Shown here: piece by piece, positions 61,601-64,000 of the stretch
Layout of the letters: every line of letters begins with the position of its first letter
How positions within the stretch are numbered: the first letter of the stretch is position 1
Position numbers and translations under genes: made by a program
Assembly: GCF_003918875.1 (NCBI RefSeq)
Contig: NW_025765136.1
Span: forward strand, 124,001 to 188,000
DNA length: 64,000 bases
Direction: 5' to 3'
Origin: Haliotis rubra
Taxonomy: Eukaryota
Notes under the pieces: generated by a model
What the model was told of the DNA's origin: nothing
Seen by the model: only the letters and a program-made list of their open reading frames with translations
Databases searched by the model: none

Positions 61601-63964
61601 ACATTGCTACACACACAGTGCTACTATGGTACTACACATTGCTACAAAGTGCTACACAAAGCTCTACAAATTGCTACACAGAGCTACACATTGCTACACA
61701 GTACTACACATTGCTGAACAGTACTACACATTGCTCAACAGTACTACAGTACTACACACAGTACTACACAGTACTACATTGCTACACAGTACTACACACA
61801 GAGCTGCAAAGTGCTACACAGTCCTAAAAGTATTACACATACAGAGCTCACAGTACTACACATTGCTGCACAGTACTAAACAGAGCCTATAGTACTACAC
61901 AGTACTACACATTACTACACAGTCCTATAGTACTACACAGAGCTGCAAAGTGCTACACAGTCCTAAAGTATTACACAGAGCTGCAAAGTGCTACACAGTC
62001 CTAAAGTATTACACAGAGCTACAAAGTGGTACACAGAGCTACAAAATACTACAGAGAGCTACAAAGTGCTACACAGAGCTACAAATATGCTATAGAGCTA
62101 CAAGGTACTACACACAGCTACAAAGTGCTACACAGAGCTACAAATATGCTTTAGAGCTACAAGGTACTACACAGAGCTACAAAGTGCTACACAGAGCTAC
62201 AAATATGCTATAGAGCTACAAGGTACTACACACAGCTACAAAGTGCTACACAGAGCTACAAAATACTACATAGTGCCTTAGTGTCTCTACTTTTACAGAC
62301 AGGGAAGAAGTTCTATCACTGTGTTGAACTGTGTAACATCAGATTAGTATAACAATTACATTTATCCTAAAATCCTTGTTTTTGTTCAAATTGTCCACTT
62401 ATTTCAGTATGAGCCTATAAGCTGATGTTTTATGATACTCAGTTATCGTGTGTATGTGATTCAGGGACAGGTATTGTGGCTAGTGTTCCCTCAGATTCGC
62501 CTGATGACATCGCAGCTCTCCGAGATCTCAAGAAGAAAGAAGTTAGTATACTTTTTAATTACAAAAAATATATTGCGTTTTTAAACTTATCCTATCTCAC
62601 GGTATGCACTTCTCTCTCTTCCTTCGACCATGGCGTGGAAACGTGCTGTAGGCTAAGTTGAATCAAATCTTCTGGACTCTCTCCCAACTGTTCGCTGCCC
62701 CCGGTACCACCCACTCCACTTGTGCTGTGTAAGCCAAGGGGTTTATAAATCAGAAGCAACTTATCACAAGTATTGGAGTTTAGCAAATTGGGAGTTAGTG
62801 CTTTCTCCTGGCCTCCTTGTGTGTAGGGACCACCCACTCCTAGAGTTTTTGTGCTGTGTAAGCCAAGGGGTTAAAATCAGAAGCAATCCTATCACAAGTA
62901 TTGCGACCTCACGGTTGTAGAGTTGACACAGGGTAATCTGCGGCCCACCAGCCAACCGTGGGATAATGCATACCATGAGATAGGATAAGTTTAAAAAATT
63001 GGAAATTTTAACTATAATTTGTATATTTATATACTTATCCTATGGATGCCCACCCAACCTTCCCCACATCACAGATTACTGGGGGCTCCAAGTCGAAAAT
63101 GACCATCTGAGCGCAAAGCACGTTTCACAGAGATGATTGACAGGTCCAGTGGGGGGAGCCATCGGGTGGGAGAGAGGCCAGAAGATTTGATTCAGCTTAG
63201 CCTACAGAACGTTTCCACACCGTGGTCGAAGTAAGAGAGAGAAGTGCATACCATGAGGTAGAATAAGTATATAAATATACAATTTATAGTTAAAATCTGC
63301 AAAATGTGAGCCAGGAGTGATACCAAATTGAGAATTTTTGAAAACACAGCAAGTCTATCTGTGAACTGAACCCTGTCAGCACAGATGAAACGCTGGTTTG
63401 CCTGGTTAAACATTTGTATATTTACACAATGTTGTGATATGCCTCACAGTGCAGTGTAAGTTATGAACACTCTGAAAATACTTCTTTCGTCATTCGATGT
63501 TTGATACAGGAAAAGTATCAGGATTAGGTGTCTGACTTTGTGTGCTGGCGATTAGGTCCCTGACTCTGAGGGTGTGTTTGTTCAAATCCTTGATGGGACT
63601 CAACCCTCCAAAAAGAACTAGAATTTGTACTTTACTAAGAAAGTGTAATCCCAAATGTTACATGAAAAGTGGCCAGTGATCACTATGCTGAGCTTTGTTG
63701 CTACCTGTAAGTATTAATTTCAGATTAAATATTATGGCTGGTATGCTTCATATGCAAATTATTAGAATGGGTCCTAGCCAGTTAGATTCGAAAATCTGCA
63801 GGAGTTACGATAACTTTGTGACAAGTGTGACAAATTCATGATTAGAGATTGATGTTTGTGTTAATGTCTTTACTGTGTTTGCTGTGATTATTATGTTTAC
63901 TTTGTTCCAGCCTTTCAGGCAAAAGTATGGCATCAAGGATCACATGGTGTTGCCCTTTGAACCC
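49643..63964 (+). CDS. LARS1: Leucyl-tRNA synthetase, cytoplasmic type (N-terminal 428 codons; gene continues beyond the window); sequence-divergent copy
   Basis: Manual splicing with GT-AG sites and matching phases. Exons: 49643-49767, 50560-50647, 51029-51109, 51600-51737, 52365-52526, 55794-55906, 57141-57204, 58314-58381, 59276-59501, 60638-60725, 62465-62541, 63911-63964 (1284 nt, no stops). Translation MERKSTAK...[14 protein letters not shown] (HIGH motif)...[17 protein letters not shown]...VDWRRSF...[12 protein letters not shown]...[15 protein letters not shown]...[15 protein letters not shown] (CP1 editing domain)...[13 protein letters not shown] is colinear with human LARS1 as recalled. 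Confidence 0.96.
50042..50408. mobile_element. hAT-type MITE with a perfect 8-bp TSD
   Basis: attcactg|tagggctgggacggg ... cccatcccagtccta|attcactg. Confidence 0.85.
51160..51400. mobile_element. hAT-like MITE
   Basis: 16-bp TIR caggggtggaaataac / gttatttccacccctg; no clean 8-bp TSD. Confidence 0.6.
52513..55568 (+). repeat. 48-bp G-rich minisatellite (~41 units) in LARS intron 5, split by the Kolobok-like MITE
   Basis: Unit gggagtcagggtaggtgattactgctgggggtgacagtatgttggggt; the first unit overlaps the exon 5 end and donor. Confidence 0.95.
53006..54066. mobile_element. Non-autonomous Kolobok-like DNA transposon with TTAA target-site duplication
   Basis: TTAA|aggtcacatgcaac ... gttgcatgtgacct|TTAA. 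An empty-site unit of the same minisatellite (gtcagggTTAAtgatttctg) lies at 55278-55297. Confidence 0.85.
57892..58230. mobile_element. hAT-like MITE
   Basis: Ends ttgggctg / cagcccta with a degenerate 8-bp TSD actacaac / actgtaac. Confidence 0.55.
59787..60107. mobile_element. hAT-like MITE
   Basis: Ends cagggtt / aaccctg, with subterminal 'cttgaaaa..gcct' motifs near both ends. Confidence 0.5.
60212..60380 (-). mobile_element. tRNA-derived SINE family 1, full-length copy in a LARS intron
   Basis: Reverse complement of the 1786-1960 consensus. Confidence 0.85.
60855..62270 (+). repeat. ~10-bp satellite (tacacagtac / tacacagagc variants) in LARS intron 10
   Basis: Visible tandem array of ~1.4 kb, with variant units drifting to tacaaagtgc toward the 3' end. 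Confidence 0.95.
62578..63296. mobile_element. Non-autonomous DIRS-like (tyrosine-recombinase retrotransposon) mini-element
   Basis: ~100-bp inverted terminal repeats (62585-62687 versus 63165-63268), plus an internal region 62967-63043 complementary to both the left terminus and the right terminal extension. Confidence 0.65.
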
Positions 63965-64000
63965 GTGAGTATCGTTTTCAACAATCAATTGAGTCATACA

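Noticed and set aside
60748-62213. Long ORFs of up to 237 aa ([10 protein letters not shown] repeats)
   Set aside because: Stop-poor frames of a 10-bp intronic satellite; the LARS exons splice cleanly across it.

Overview
Eukaryotic, intron-rich animal genomic DNA. It is most likely a gastropod mollusc such as abalone, inferred from the SINE families. There are three assembly gaps and no prokaryotic features. (1) A + strand cytoplasmic leucyl-tRNA synthetase (LARS1-type) gene runs from 49643 off the window end. Twelve exons splice into 428 uninterrupted codons, yet many normally conserved residues are replaced, including a Lys-to-Glu charge reversal of the KGKKSKAAAK segment. (2) A - strand multi-exon receptor gene (about 14.5-26.2 kb) encodes signal peptide, EGF-like, F-type lectin, two EGF, a second F-type lectin, three EGF, TM and a Tyr-motif tail. 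Its 5' half is intact and its 3' half carries many 1-2 nt indels. (3) There are three related copies of a small CYYR1/WBP1-like single-pass six-cysteine membrane-protein gene: one complete (33535-40288), one inside a 5.5-kb duplicate at the window start, and one deletion derivative with a ~1.9-kb expanded Pro-rich repeat. (4) Repeats are dense: several Tc1 transposons (one nested in a pogo-type MITE), hAT- and Kolobok-type MITEs with visible TSDs, a mini DIRS-like element, four SINE families, LINE and Ginger fragments, and satellites, including a 48-bp intronic minisatellite that repeats the LARS exon-5 splice donor.
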